Shown: in pieces, positions 1 to 8,751 of the stretch
Numbering within the stretch: position 1 is the stretch's first letter
Layout: each line of letters opens with the position of its first letter
Assembly: GCA_041485445.1 (NCBI GenBank)
Contig: JBGPJN010000003.1
Coordinates: 1 to 35,193 of the forward strand
Reading direction: 5' to 3'
DNA length: 35,193 nt
From: Dehalococcoidia bacterium
GTDB lineage: Bacteria; Chloroflexota; Dehalococcoidia; Lucifugimonadales; UBA3495
Made by a program: the position numbers and the translations under genes
Notes under the pieces: generated by a model
The model's input: the letters and a program-made list of their open reading frames with translations, nothing else
Database searches by the model: none
What the model was told of the DNA's origin: nothing

Positions 1-90
1 GGTCCCGGCGTAGTCAAACTCAGCGGCCTGCCCGATGACGATGGGGCCCGAGCCGATGACCAGCACCTTATGTGGTTTGTAGCCTGGCGT
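1..90 (-). CDS. carB: Carbamoyl-phosphate synthase large subunit, N-terminal fragment (runs off window start)
   Basis: Manual translation gives [29 protein letters not shown], the canonical CarB N-terminus; lies downstream of carA. Start codon uncertain (ACG at 90-88 or GTG at 66-64). Confidence 0.93.
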
Positions 91-131
91 AGCGTCCTCT
101 CTTATAGCCTACCCAAGAAATCACCGAAATC

Positions 132-210
132 ACCGCTGAGCACGCAGAGACCGCTGAGCTAGTGGACGATCAATCGTAAGTCTCTCTGCGTTCTCAGCGC
201 GCTCTGCGGT
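132..210. repeat. Imperfect palindromic intergenic repeat (CGCAGAG/CTCTGCG family)
   Basis: ACCGCTGAGCACGCAGAGACCGCTGAG ... CTCTGCGTTCTCAGCGCGCTCTGCGGT; the two arms are complementary. Confidence 0.75.
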
Positions 211-224
211 TATTGGTCCGGCTT

Positions 225-1370
225 TCAGCCGTTGCCGCGGCGGGGGCCGGCTTCCTCCACCATGCGGATGAAGTTGTCGAACAGGTACTCGCTGTCGTGG
301 GGGCCGGGGGAAGCCTCCGAGTGGTACTGGATGGTGAACATGGGCAACTCCCGGTGGCGCAGCCCCTCCACGGTGCCGTCGTTCAGGTTAAGGTGGGACA
401 CCTCCAAGCCCGGCGGCAGGGTCTGGGCGTCCACCGCGTAGCCGTGGTTCTGGGCGGTGATGTGGACCCGGCCATTGCTCAGGTCCTGCACCGGGTGGTT
501 GGCGCCCCGGTGGCCGAACTTGAGCTTGAAGGTCTGGGCGCCCAGGGCGCGGGCGGCCAGCTGGTGCCCCAGGCAAATGCCCATAATCGGAACCCGGCCC
601 AAGAGCCGGCGCACGTTGTCCACCACGTAGTCCAGCCGCTGGGGGTCGCCGGGGCCCGGCGACAGCAGGATGCCCGAGGGCCGCAAGGCCAGCATGTCCG
701 CGGCGGAGGTGGTGGCGGGCAGGGCGATGACCTCGCAGCCGCGGCGCTGCAGCAGCCGCAGGATGTTGTACTTCAGGCCGCAGTCAGTGACCAGGATGCG
801 GTGGCGGGCCAGGCCGTCCTTCTCGGGAAGCACCGGCGCCGCGCCATCCCCCAAGCCGTCCCAAGAATAGCTCTCCGGGGTAGTGACGGTGCGGACGAAG
901 TCCAGGTCGTCGTAGCGAGGCAGGTCCTCCAGCCGGGCCAGGGCGGCTTGGGGGGCTTCGTCCGTAATAAGGCCCATCATCACGCCCTGGGTGCGCAGGC
1001 GGCGGGTCAGGGCGCGGGTGTCCACGCCGCTGATGCCGGGAATCCCTTGGGCGTGGAGAAACTGGTGGAGTGTGCGCCGGCTCTGGCCGTGGCTGGGACT
1101 GGCGCAGTGCTCCCGCACGATGAACCCCGCCACCTGGATGCGCCGGGACTCCCCGTCCTGGTCGTTGATGCCGTAGTTGCCCACCAGGGGGTAGGTCAGG
1201 GCCACCAGCTGCCCGGCGTAGGAAGGGTCGGTGAGGATCTCCTGGTACCCGGTCATACTGGTGTTGAACACGACCTCGCCGGCGCCCCCCGACGAGCCGG
1301 GGTCCGCCCCAAAAGCCTCGCCCTCGTGCACCGACCCGTCGGCCAGCATCAGATACCGCGCGTTGGTCAC
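225..1370 (-). CDS. carA: Carbamoyl-phosphate synthase small subunit
   Basis: GEVVFNTSMTGYQEILTDPSY, LSPGPGDP, GICLGHQL (catalytic Cys), FGHRGANHPV, ITAQNHGYAV, QYHSEASPGPHD. Confidence 0.98.
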   Translation of the reverse strand: MTNARYLMLADGSVHEGEAFGADPGSSGGAGEVVFNTSMTGYQEILTDPSYAGQLVALTYPLVGNYGINDQDGESRRIQVAGFIVREHCASPSHGQSRRTLHQFLHAQGIPGISGVDTRALTRRLRTQGVMMGLITDEAPQAALARLEDLPRYDDLDFVRTVTTPESYSWDGLGDGAAPVLPEKDGLARHRILVTDCGLKYNILRLLQRRGCEVIALPATTSAADMLALRPSGILLSPGPGDPQRLDYVVDNVRRLLGRVPIMGICLGHQLAARALGAQTFKLKFGHRGANHPVQDLSNGRVHITAQNHGYAVDAQTLPPGLEVSHLNLNDGTVEGLRHRELPMFTIQYHSEASPGPHDSEYLFDNFIRMVEEAGPRRGNG

Positions 1371-1371
1371 G

Positions 1372-2736
1372 TTACCCCTTGGCCTCCTGTGCCACCGGAC
1401 TTTGGAAGACCACCTGGCCCGCTACCAGCGTCGCCACTACCCGGCCCTTGAGCCGGACGCCTTCCAGGGGGGTGTTCTTGCCTTTAGATGCAAACTCCCC
1501 GGTGTCCACCACCCACTCCTGGTTGGGGTCGAAGACCACCAGATCGGCCCAGGTCCCGGGCTGCAGGGTGGCCAGCTCGGCGTACCCCGGACCCAGCACG
1601 CCCGCAGGGCCGGTGGTGAGGCGCTGGACCAGGGTCGCCAGCGGCAGCTTGCCCCCGTGCACCAGTTGCAGCAAGGACCCCAGGGCCGTCTCCAGGGCGC
1701 TGATGCCGAAGGCCGCGTCCTGGTAGGTGACCCGCTTGCTCACCAGGTCGTGGGGGGCGTGGTCGGTGGCGACGCAGTCGATGACACCCTCGGCCAGGCC
1801 GGCTACCAGGGCATCCACGTCGGCCTGCTGGCGCAGCGGCGGGTAGACCTTGGTGGAGGTGTCGTAGCCGTGGCGCCCAACGGCCTCGGCCTGAACTCCT
1901 TTGGCGCCCAGCACCCACTGGTCGGTGATGGTCAGGTGGTGGGGACACACCTCCGCGGTCACCGGGATGCCCCGCTCTTTGGCCCGGCGCACCAGGTCCA
2001 CCGATCCGGCGGTGCTCAGGTGGGCCAGGTGCAGACGGCCGCCGGTCAGCTCCGCCAGGGCCAAATCCCGGGCGATCATGGACTCCTCGGCGGCGGCGGG
2101 AATCCCTCTCAGGCCCAGCCGGGTGGCCACCCAGCCCTCGGCCATCACGCCTTCCCGGGACAGGGCCCGGTCCTGACAGTGATTGCTGATGGGCCGGCCC
2201 AGGTCCAGGCTGTAGGTCAGGGCCAGGCGCATCAGGTTGGCGTCGTGCACTGGGTCGCCGTCGTCGCTGAAGGCCACCACGCCCGCGGCGGCCAGCTCCT
2301 CCAGCTCGGCCAGCTCCTTGCCATGGCGGCCCTTGGTGACGCAGCCGATGGGGAACACCCGCACCACGCCCTCCGCCTGGGCGCGGCGCAGGATGAAGTC
2401 CACCACCGCGGCGTTGTCGATGGCCGGGTTGGTGTTGGGCATGCAGCAGATGGTGGTAAAGCCGCCCCTGGCGGCCGCCCGGGTGCCGGTGGCGATGGTC
2501 TCCTTATACTCGAATCCCGGCTCCCGCAAATGGCAGTGGAGGTCGATGAAGCCGGGGCAGACCACTAGGCCGGCGGCGGGGATCACCCGGCAGCCCTGGG
2601 GAATCTCCGGGACAGGCACGGCGTCGCCTGCGGAGGCGATCTTGCCGTCCCGGCAGAGCACGTCTCCCACCTGGTCCAGGCCCCGGCTGGGGTCCAGGAT
2701 CCGGGCGCCCTGAATCAGGATGGTGTCAGCGGCCAA
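1372..2736 (-). CDS. pyrC: Dihydroorotase (multifunctional-complex type)
   Basis: PGFIDLHCHLREPG, MPNT, HLST, EVCPHHL, ATDHAPH, SKGKNTP. Start placed at TTG 2736, 6 nt after AAGGAG (ATG 2742 is an alternative). The ORF-track extension to 2814 reads through a REP element. Confidence 0.96.
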   Translation of the reverse strand: MAADTILIQGARILDPSRGLDQVGDVLCRDGKIASAGDAVPVPEIPQGCRVIPAAGLVVCPGFIDLHCHLREPGFEYKETIATGTRAAARGGFTTICCMPNTNPAIDNAAVVDFILRRAQAEGVVRVFPIGCVTKGRHGKELAELEELAAAGVVAFSDDGDPVHDANLMRLALTYSLDLGRPISNHCQDRALSREGVMAEGWVATRLGLRGIPAAAEESMIARDLALAELTGGRLHLAHLSTAGSVDLVRRAKERGIPVTAEVCPHHLTITDQWVLGAKGVQAEAVGRHGYDTSTKVYPPLRQQADVDALVAGLAEGVIDCVATDHAPHDLVSKRVTYQDAAFGISALETALGSLLQLVHGGKLPLATLVQRLTTGPAGVLGPGYAELATLQPGTWADLVVFDPNQEWVVDTGEFASKGKNTPLEGVRLKGRVVATLVAGQVVFQSPVAQEAKG

Positions 2737-2777
2737 GACCATCTCCTTTGCGGACACCTGATGTTGGTGATTTTGCC

Positions 2778-2830
2778 GTAGGGGCGCACCTGTGTGTGCG
2801 CCCAGGGCAGACACACAGGTCTGCCCCTAC
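2778..2830. repeat. GTAG-type REP doublet (inverted pair)
   Basis: GTAGGGGCGCACCTGTGTGTGCGCCC-A-GGGCAGACACACAGGTCTGCCCCTAC; related copies at 4788-4865, 4900-4927 and 13186-13285. Confidence 0.88.
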
Positions 2831-2881
2831 GTTACCCGCATTGGCTTCACGCATGTGGCAACGACGCAGCATGTTCTGCCC

Positions 2882-3934
2882 CTACCTGGGACCCGCCGAG
2901 AGTTGGTACAGCAGCGCCATGCGCACCGCCACGCCGTTGGTCACCTGCTCCTGGATCACCGAGCCGCCGCCGTGGGCCAGGGCGGCGCTTACCTCAATGC
3001 CCTGGTTCATGGGGCCGGGGTGCATCAGCAGCGCCCCGGGCTTGGCCCGGCCCATGCGGGCTTCGGTGACCTGCCAGCGCCGGACGTACTCCCGCAGGCT
3101 GGGCAGGAACCCGCCGCTCTGCCGCTCGGTCTGCAGACGCAGGGCCATCACGACGTCGGCGTCCTCAATGGCCCGATCCAGGTTGGTGTCGGTCTGCACC
3201 GAGGCCAGTTCCCCTTGGGTCGCTTCCCGCCGGCCGTTGCCCCGCAGCAGCTCCAGGGGCAGCAGGGTGGCCGGCCCGCACAGGGTGACCCGGGCGCCCA
3301 TCTTGGTGAAGCCCCACATTCCGGAGCGGGCCACCCGGCTATGCAGCACGTCGCCCACTATGACCACCTTGAGGCCCTCCAGCTTGCCCAACTTCTCCCG
3401 CACGGTGTACAGGTCCAGCAGCGCCTGGGTGGGATGGGCATGCAGCCCGTCGCCGGCGTTGATGACGCTCACCCGGTCCAGGTGCCGGGCCAGCAGGTAG
3501 GGCGCGCCGGAGTGGGGGTGGCGAAGGACAATGACGTTGATGCCCATGGCCTGCAGCGTCAGGCCCGTGTCCAGCAGGGATTCCCCCTTCTCCGCGCTGC
3601 TGCCCGAGGCGGCCACGTTGATGACGTCGGCGCTGAGTATCTTGCCCGCCTCCTCAAAGGAGACGCGGGTGCGAGTGCTGGGCTCGTAGAACAGGGTGAC
3701 GATCACCCGGCCCCGCAGGGTGGGCACCTTTTTAATGTCCCGGCCCAGGACCTGGCCCATGGCCCGGCTGTTGTCCAGCACCGAGGTGATTTCCGCTGGA
3801 GAAAAATCGTCCAGGTCCAGCACGTGGCGGCGTGCCGGCCTGCCGGAGCCGTCCTCGCGCAACGCCGTGGGCAGGGGGGCCGGGCTTGCCGCGCCTGGGC
3901 GCACGTCAGCCGGGGAGGTGTGCTGGATGCTCAC
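2882..3934 (-). CDS. pyrB: Aspartate carbamoyltransferase catalytic subunit
   Basis: FYEPSTRTRVSFE, NAGDGLHAHPTQALLD, GDVLHSRVARS, LRLQTER, MHPGPMNQG. Confidence 0.98.
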   Translation of the reverse strand: MSIQHTSPADVRPGAASPAPLPTALREDGSGRPARRHVLDLDDFSPAEITSVLDNSRAMGQVLGRDIKKVPTLRGRVIVTLFYEPSTRTRVSFEEAGKILSADVINVAASGSSAEKGESLLDTGLTLQAMGINVIVLRHPHSGAPYLLARHLDRVSVINAGDGLHAHPTQALLDLYTVREKLGKLEGLKVVIVGDVLHSRVARSGMWGFTKMGARVTLCGPATLLPLELLRGNGRREATQGELASVQTDTNLDRAIEDADVVMALRLQTERQSGGFLPSLREYVRRWQVTEARMGRAKPGALLMHPGPMNQGIEVSAALAHGGGSVIQEQVTNGVAVRMALLYQLSAGPR

Positions 3935-3939
3935 TGGCG

Positions 3940-4527
3940 TCAGTCCTCCCGTCGCACCAGGGCCACCTGGTCCACGCCGTCGGTCTCCATCAGGCGCACC
4001 TGGACCTGCTCGTCCTGCCCGGTGGGGAGGTTCTTGCCCACGTAGTCGGCGCGGATGGGCAGCTCCCGATGCCCACGGTCCGTGAGAATGGCCAGCTGCA
4101 CCTGCCGGGGGCGGCCGTAGTCCTTGAGGGCGTCCAGGGCGGCCCGGATGGTGCGGCCCGTGTACAGCACGTCGTCCACCAGCACCACCGTCAAGTCTTG
4201 GATATCCACCGGGAAGCTGGTGGGGTGAAGCTTCAGGCCGGAGCGCCGGGACAGGTCGTCCCGGTACATGCCGATGTCCAGCTCCGCCACGGGCACCGAG
4301 CGGCCCTCAAACTGCAGGATATTCGCCGCCAGCCGGCGGGCCAGGGGCACGCCCCGGGTGTGGATGCCCACCAACACCAGCTCCTGGCTGCCCCGGTTGC
4401 GCTCCAGGATCTCATGGGCAATTCTGGCCAGGGCCCGCTGGATCTCTTCCGGGCTCATGACCTGGCGCTCGGAGGTGGGACTCCGCTGCTGCCCTGGTTG
4501 CGGTTTTGATTCTTGCGCCGGACTCAC
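3940..4527 (-). CDS. pyrR: Bifunctional pyr operon attenuation regulator / uracil phosphoribosyltransferase
   Basis: [61 protein letters not shown]. Confidence 0.97.
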   Translation of the reverse strand: MSPAQESKPQPGQQRSPTSERQVMSPEEIQRALARIAHEILERNRGSQELVLVGIHTRGVPLARRLAANILQFEGRSVPVAELDIGMYRDDLSRRSGLKLHPTSFPVDIQDLTVVLVDDVLYTGRTIRAALDALKDYGRPRQVQLAILTDRGHRELPIRADYVGKNLPTGQDEQVQVRLMETDGVDQVALVRRED

Positions 4528-4560
4528 AAAAAACCCTTGCCTTCAGGTTGGCAAGGGGTC
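4528..4560 (-). terminator. Attenuator terminator of the pyr leader
   Basis: Minus strand reads GACCCCTTGCC-AACCTGAA-GGCAAGGG-TTTTTT, directly before the pyrR GTG. Confidence 0.85.
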
Positions 4561-4620
4561 TTAAGGCCCGGCATCCAGGTTTTCCCGGAGTACCGGATAG
4601 CTTCGCGAGCCTTGAGGACA

Positions 4621-4651
4621 CTTTGCCAGCCTCTCTGGACTGACTTAAAAG
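4621..4651 (-). promoter_or_regulatory. PyrR-binding RNA stem-loop (anti-antiterminator)
   Basis: Minus strand CTTTTAAGTC-AGTCCAGAGAGGCT-GGCAAAG matches the PyrR-binding consensus ARUCCAGAGAGGYU. Its 3' arm GGCAAAG can pair with the terminator 5' arm CCTTGCC. Confidence 0.92.
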
Positions 4652-4712
4652 TTTGGCGGCGCGGTTGCCCGTACCGCCGGAAGTCCACAGTTATTCAGTT
4701 GTTGCTGGATTT

Positions 4713-4721
4713 ATATTATCA
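4713..4721 (-). promoter_or_regulatory. Putative extended -10 promoter of the pyr operon
   Basis: TG-A-TAATAT on the minus strand, about 60 nt upstream of the PyrR site. Confidence 0.55.
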
Positions 4722-4760
4722 GTTGGAACCGCTAGTGGGAAGCCCACTGGTGGTTTTCGG

Positions 4761-4889
4761 CAGGGGCTGTTGATTTTCGGCCTGCCCGTAGGGGCGTCCT
4801 TCCCCCGAAGGATGCGCCCTGGCAGGGACTTCAGCCAAAGGGCAGACACATAGGTCTGCCCCTACTTCGTGGAAAATAAAACGGCCCTG
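4761..4889. mobile_element. MITE-like element with CAGGG... terminal inverted repeats enclosing a GTAG REP pair
   Basis: Left end CAGGGGCTGTTGATTTTC; right end (reverse complement) CAGGGCCGTTTTATTTTC; internal REPs 4788-4865. Same shell as 13159-13310. No TSD seen here. Confidence 0.6.
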
Positions 4890-4899
4890 TGATGGCGAT

Positions 4900-4927
4900 G
4901 TAGGGACGCACGGCTGTGCGCCCCTAC
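4900..4927. repeat. Single GTAG...CTAC REP palindrome
   Basis: GTAGGGACGCACGGCTGTGCGCCCCTAC. Confidence 0.8.
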
Positions 4928-4932
4928 GGGTC

Positions 4933-6963
4933 TTATGCCGCCACCCGCTTCTTGCGGTTATTGACATAATCCACCAGCAGGTACTCGCCCAGGTTGGACG
5001 CGCTACTGTAGAAGGCCCGCCCCCGGTTGATGCGAGTCATCCGGTCCACAAAGTTGACCAGCTGGAGTGTGTTCTCCAGCATGAAGGTGTTGATGACGAT
5101 GCCTTCCTTGGTGCACTGCTTGACCTCTTTCAAGGTCTCCAGCTCGGTGCGATAGCTGGGCGGATAGCTGAAGTAGGCGCGGCCTCCCTCCAGGTGGGCC
5201 GTGGGCTCCCCGTCGGTGATGACCAGAATCTGGCGGGTGCTGCCCTTGTCCCGGGACAGCAGCTTGCGCGACAGCATCAGGGCGTGCTGCATGTTGGTGC
5301 CCGACACCCAGGCGTTCCAGTTGACCTTGGCCAGGTCCTGCTCCTTGATCTCGCGGGCGTAGTCGGAGAAGCCGATGACGTACAGGTTGTCCCGGGGGTA
5401 CTGGGTGCGGATGAGGGCGAAGAGGGCCAGGGTGACCTTCTTGGCCGCCTGGAAGTTGTTGTACAGCCCCATGGAGCGGCTCTGGTCCAGCAGCACCGCG
5501 GTGGCGGCGCGGGTTACATGCTCGGTGCGGTAGATCTCAAAGTCCTGGGGGCTCATGTGCACGGGCAGGCCGGCGCCGCCCCGCAGCACCGCGTTCTTCA
5601 GGGTGGCCTGGAGGTCCACCTGGAACGGGTCGCCGAACTCGTAGGGTTTATTGTCGCCGGTGAGGTCGCCGCCGGCGCCGCGCTGGTTCTGCTGGTGGCT
5701 GCCGGACCGGTCCTTGCGCAGCTGGACGAACACCTCCTTCAGCGCCTTCTGCCCGATGCGGCGGATGCCCCGGGCGGTGAGCTCCAGCTTGTCGTCGCCG
5801 GTGACGTACCCGGCGTCTTTCAGGAGCTGGCGCAGCCGGTCCATCTGCTCCCAGGCGCGGCGGGCCTCCTCCCCAAGGAGCTTGGCCAGCTGCTCCGGGT
5901 CCACCCCGTCCATCTCCCCCGTGCGCATGGCCCGCTGCAGGGCCTCCTCCAGCTGGTCCATCCCCTGAAGCTGGCGCATCAGCTCCAGGGCCTGCTCCAT
6001 GCTCAGGGAGTCGTCCCCCAGGAAGGGGTACTGGCGCCGGAGCTGGTCCATGGGCATCATCTGCTCCATGAGGGAGGCGAACTCGGCCATCTGCCGCCGG
6101 GTCTCCGGGTCCAGGGACGCGTTCAGCGCCTCTTCCAGCTCCCGCCGCATCTCCGGAGACATGCTCTCCAGCATGGACTGCATCTGGGCCAGCTGCTGCT
6201 GGAGATGCTCCATCAGCTCCTGGAAATTCTGGGGCGGGTTGTCCCCAAACATGGGCCCGAACTGGTCCATGAAGCCCTGGAAGTCCGGCTCCCGGCCGGC
6301 CATCTTGTCCCGCATCATCTGGTTGAGCTGCCGCAGCATCTCCTGCATGCCGGCCATGGCCTCGGGGGACATGCCCTGGGCCTGCTGTTGCATCTGCTGG
6401 GACATGTTCTGGGCCATCTGCTGCTTCAGCATGTCCAGCAGCTCCTGGAACATCTGCTGCGCCTGGGGGTCCATGAAGTCGTACTCCATGAGCCCCTGGA
6501 TCTGGCCGCCCAGGCCCTCGGGCAGGTCGTCCAGCTTCTGCTTATTGCGCTGGGCGCGCTGCTCCAGCAGCTTCTGGAGGTTCTCCTGCTGGGGGCGGTC
6601 GGCCTGGCTGGCCTGGCCCAGCTGCTCTCTGGACTGCTCCAGGCGGCGGTCGATGCCCTCCCGCTCGGTGCGGAGGATGTTCTCCAGCCGCTCCTTCAGG
6701 TCGTCCACCACCGAGTCCATGTTGTAGCTCTGGAGCTGGCGGCGGCGCTGCTCCTTGAGCTGCTCCATCATCTCCCGCAGGCCGGTCATGCGCTGGCCCT
6801 GGCGGTTCTGCATCCCCTGGCGCAGCAACTCCCGCAGGGCGCGCATCACGTCGCCCTGCTTCAGCAGCTCGTCGGAGAGCTGGTCCATGAGCTCGTCGGC
6901 ATCCAGGTTGAAGAGCTCCTGAGTGCCGTCCCACCGGGAGTAGCGATAGGTGCGGTACAGCAT
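4933..6963 (-). CDS. von Willebrand factor A domain protein with long Met/Gln-rich helical N-terminus
   Basis: YRYSRWDGTQ N-terminus; MIDAS DQSRSM, GTNMQHAL, ITDGEPTAH. ATG 6963 follows GGAGGT. Confidence 0.88.
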   Translation of the reverse strand: MLYRTYRYSRWDGTQELFNLDADELMDQLSDELLKQGDVMRALRELLRQGMQNRQGQRMTGLREMMEQLKEQRRRQLQSYNMDSVVDDLKERLENILRTEREGIDRRLEQSREQLGQASQADRPQQENLQKLLEQRAQRNKQKLDDLPEGLGGQIQGLMEYDFMDPQAQQMFQELLDMLKQQMAQNMSQQMQQQAQGMSPEAMAGMQEMLRQLNQMMRDKMAGREPDFQGFMDQFGPMFGDNPPQNFQELMEHLQQQLAQMQSMLESMSPEMRRELEEALNASLDPETRRQMAEFASLMEQMMPMDQLRRQYPFLGDDSLSMEQALELMRQLQGMDQLEEALQRAMRTGEMDGVDPEQLAKLLGEEARRAWEQMDRLRQLLKDAGYVTGDDKLELTARGIRRIGQKALKEVFVQLRKDRSGSHQQNQRGAGGDLTGDNKPYEFGDPFQVDLQATLKNAVLRGGAGLPVHMSPQDFEIYRTEHVTRAATAVLLDQSRSMGLYNNFQAAKKVTLALFALIRTQYPRDNLYVIGFSDYAREIKEQDLAKVNWNAWVSGTNMQHALMLSRKLLSRDKGSTRQILVITDGEPTAHLEGGRAYFSYPPSYRTELETLKEVKQCTKEGIVINTFMLENTLQLVNFVDRMTRINRGRAFYSSASNLGEYLLVDYVNNRKKRVAA

Positions 6964-7128
6964 GGCCACCTCCGCAAGGGCTACGTGGCGCCATCATACT
7001 CCGTCGATAGCGGCGCAGGCAAGGCTGGCGACAGGTCCACTTGCGCCTGGAGCGAGCAGCGATTATAGTTTTTCCCAGGTTCCGCCGGCAAACGGATTAC
7101 TGCGGGCAATGGGTTGAGGGCCAACGGA

Positions 7129-7704
7129 GTGCGCGTTTTGGTGCTGAATGCCCACCCGGACGCTGGTAGCTTCTGCGATCAGATAGCAGAAGCCTATGCA
7201 GCCGGTGCGAAGGTCGGCGGCCATCAGGTTGAGGCTGTGGCCCTTCGTGATCTGAGGTTCGACCTCGTTCTTCGGGGTGGGTACGCCCATCCGATTCCGC
7301 TTGAACCGGACTTGGTTGAGCAGCAGCGACTGCTGACTTGGTGCGAGCATCTGGCGGTGGTAAGCCCCAACTGGTGGTGGAGCGCCCCTGCCCTGCTTAA
7401 GGGATATGTCGACCGGGTGTTCCTGCCTGGGTTCGCCATGCGTTACCGCGAACGCTTTCCTTACGTAGAACCGCTCCTCAGAGGGCGGTCAGCACGAGTG
7501 ATCTACGCCCAGAATTCGCCTCGACTGGTGGGCTTGCTGTTCCGAGGCGACTTATTTTGGCAGTGGATCAGGCGCGCCGTGCTGCGCCACTGCGGCTTTT
7601 CGCCAGTGCGTCGGCTTGTGCTCTATAACGCACGTAACACAGCGGAAAGCGCCCGTAGCCGGTTCCTGAACAAAGTCCGGGAACTCGGCACCCGCGCAAT
7701 GTAG
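7129..7704 (+). CDS. Flavodoxin-fold NAD(P)H-dependent (quinone) oxidoreductase
   Basis: VLVLNAHPDAGSFC, PNWWWSAPALLKGYVDRVFLPGFA, LLRGRSAR. GTG 7129 lies 8 nt after GAGGG. Confidence 0.9.
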   Translation: MRVLVLNAHPDAGSFCDQIAEAYAAGAKVGGHQVEAVALRDLRFDLVLRGGYAHPIPLEPDLVEQQRLLTWCEHLAVVSPNWWWSAPALLKGYVDRVFLPGFAMRYRERFPYVEPLLRGRSARVIYAQNSPRLVGLLFRGDLFWQWIRRAVLRHCGFSPVRRLVLYNARNTAESARSRFLNKVRELGTRAM

Positions 7705-7791
7705 TGCCCGACGCATGCGGAGAACTGGCGAATGCGGTCTCGCAGCCGCCGCCCAACATGCAGACCGTGGACTTCGGCCACGGGCTTCCGC

Positions 7792-8700
7792 TTACAGACG
7801 CCGCAGCCGGGGGTCCAGCAGGTCCCGCAGGCCGTCGCCCAGCAGGTTGAAGCCCAGCACGATCAGCACCATGGCCGCCCCCGGCGCCAGCAGCAGCCGG
7901 GGCGCCGTCTGCAGGAAGGGCCGGGCGTCGTTAAGCATGGCGCCCCACTCCGGCGTGGGGGGCTGAGCGCCCAGACCTAAGAAGCTGAGGCCGGAGATGC
8001 CCAGCACAATCCAGCCCAGGTCCAGGGTGACCAGCACCACCACCGGCCCCAGGATGTTGGGCCAGATGTGGGTTACCATAATCCGCAGGGGGCTGGCCCC
8101 CATGGCCCGGGCGGCCTCCACGTACTCCCGCTGCCGGGCCGCCAGCACCATGCCCCGGACCAGGCGGGCGTAGCCGGCCCACCAAACGGCTGCCAGGGCC
8201 ACCAGCAGGTTCAGCAGGCCGGGGCCCAGGGTCCCCGCGATGGCCACCGCCAGCACCAGGCCGGGAAAGGCCAGCAGCAGGTCCACCAGGCCCATGAGCA
8301 CGCTGTCCACCCAGCCGCCGAAGTAGCCGGATATTGTGCCCAAGGTGAAGGCGATGCCCATGACCACCGCCAGCACCACCAGGGCCGCGCCCAGGGTGGT
8401 GCGAGCGCCGTAAAGCAGGCGGCTCAACTCGTCCCGGCCCAGGTGGTCGGTGCCCAGGAGGTGCTGCCCGCTGGGCCCCAGCAGGCGCTGCTCCAGGTTA
8501 ACGGCGGTGGGGTCATGCGTTGCCAGCCAGGGGGCCAGCGAGGCTCCCGCCACGGTGACTAACACAATGCCCAGGCCCAGCATGGAGGCGGGGTCCCGGA
8601 GCAGCAGGCTCGGGGCGCGCTGCCGGCGGGGGGGGATTCCCCCAACCCCCCTTTGCCAAAGGGGGGCCAAGGGAGATTTCTCCCTCCACCTGTGGCTCAT
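7792..8700 (-). CDS. Opp/Dpp/Nik-family ABC permease (C-type)
   Basis: HLLGTDHLGRDELSRLLYGAR; EAA motif EYVEAARAMGA; LSFLGLGAQPPTPEWG. Confidence 0.95.
   Translation of the reverse strand: MSHRWREKSPLAPLWQRGVGGIPPRRQRAPSLLLRDPASMLGLGIVLVTVAGASLAPWLATHDPTAVNLEQRLLGPSGQHLLGTDHLGRDELSRLLYGARTTLGAALVVLAVVMGIAFTLGTISGYFGGWVDSVLMGLVDLLLAFPGLVLAVAIAGTLGPGLLNLLVALAAVWWAGYARLVRGMVLAARQREYVEAARAMGASPLRIMVTHIWPNILGPVVVLVTLDLGWIVLGISGLSFLGLGAQPPTPEWGAMLNDARPFLQTAPRLLLAPGAAMVLIVLGFNLLGDGLRDLLDPRLRRL
8636..8679. repeat. CCCCCAACCCCCCTTT-NNN-AAAGGGGGG palindromic repeat inside the permease 5' region
   Basis: Near-identical to the intergenic copy at 21546-21582. Confidence 0.8.
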
Positions 8701-8751
8701 CCCCTTGATTCCAGTTCCCAGCAGCGGTCTCCTCGCAGCATTTTGGGTCCT

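Noticed and set aside
2743-2814. N-terminal extension of PyrC
   Set aside because: Encoded by the REP element; an SD lies just upstream of 2742/2736.
213-7068. Long plus-strand ORFs (213-1451, 1231-2568, 2792-4045, 5194-7068)
   Set aside because: Antisense shadows of well-supported high-GC genes; no recognisable motifs.
7704-7790. attC site after the oxidoreductase (GCCCAAC)
   Set aside because: No matching GTTRRRY end or L boxes found.
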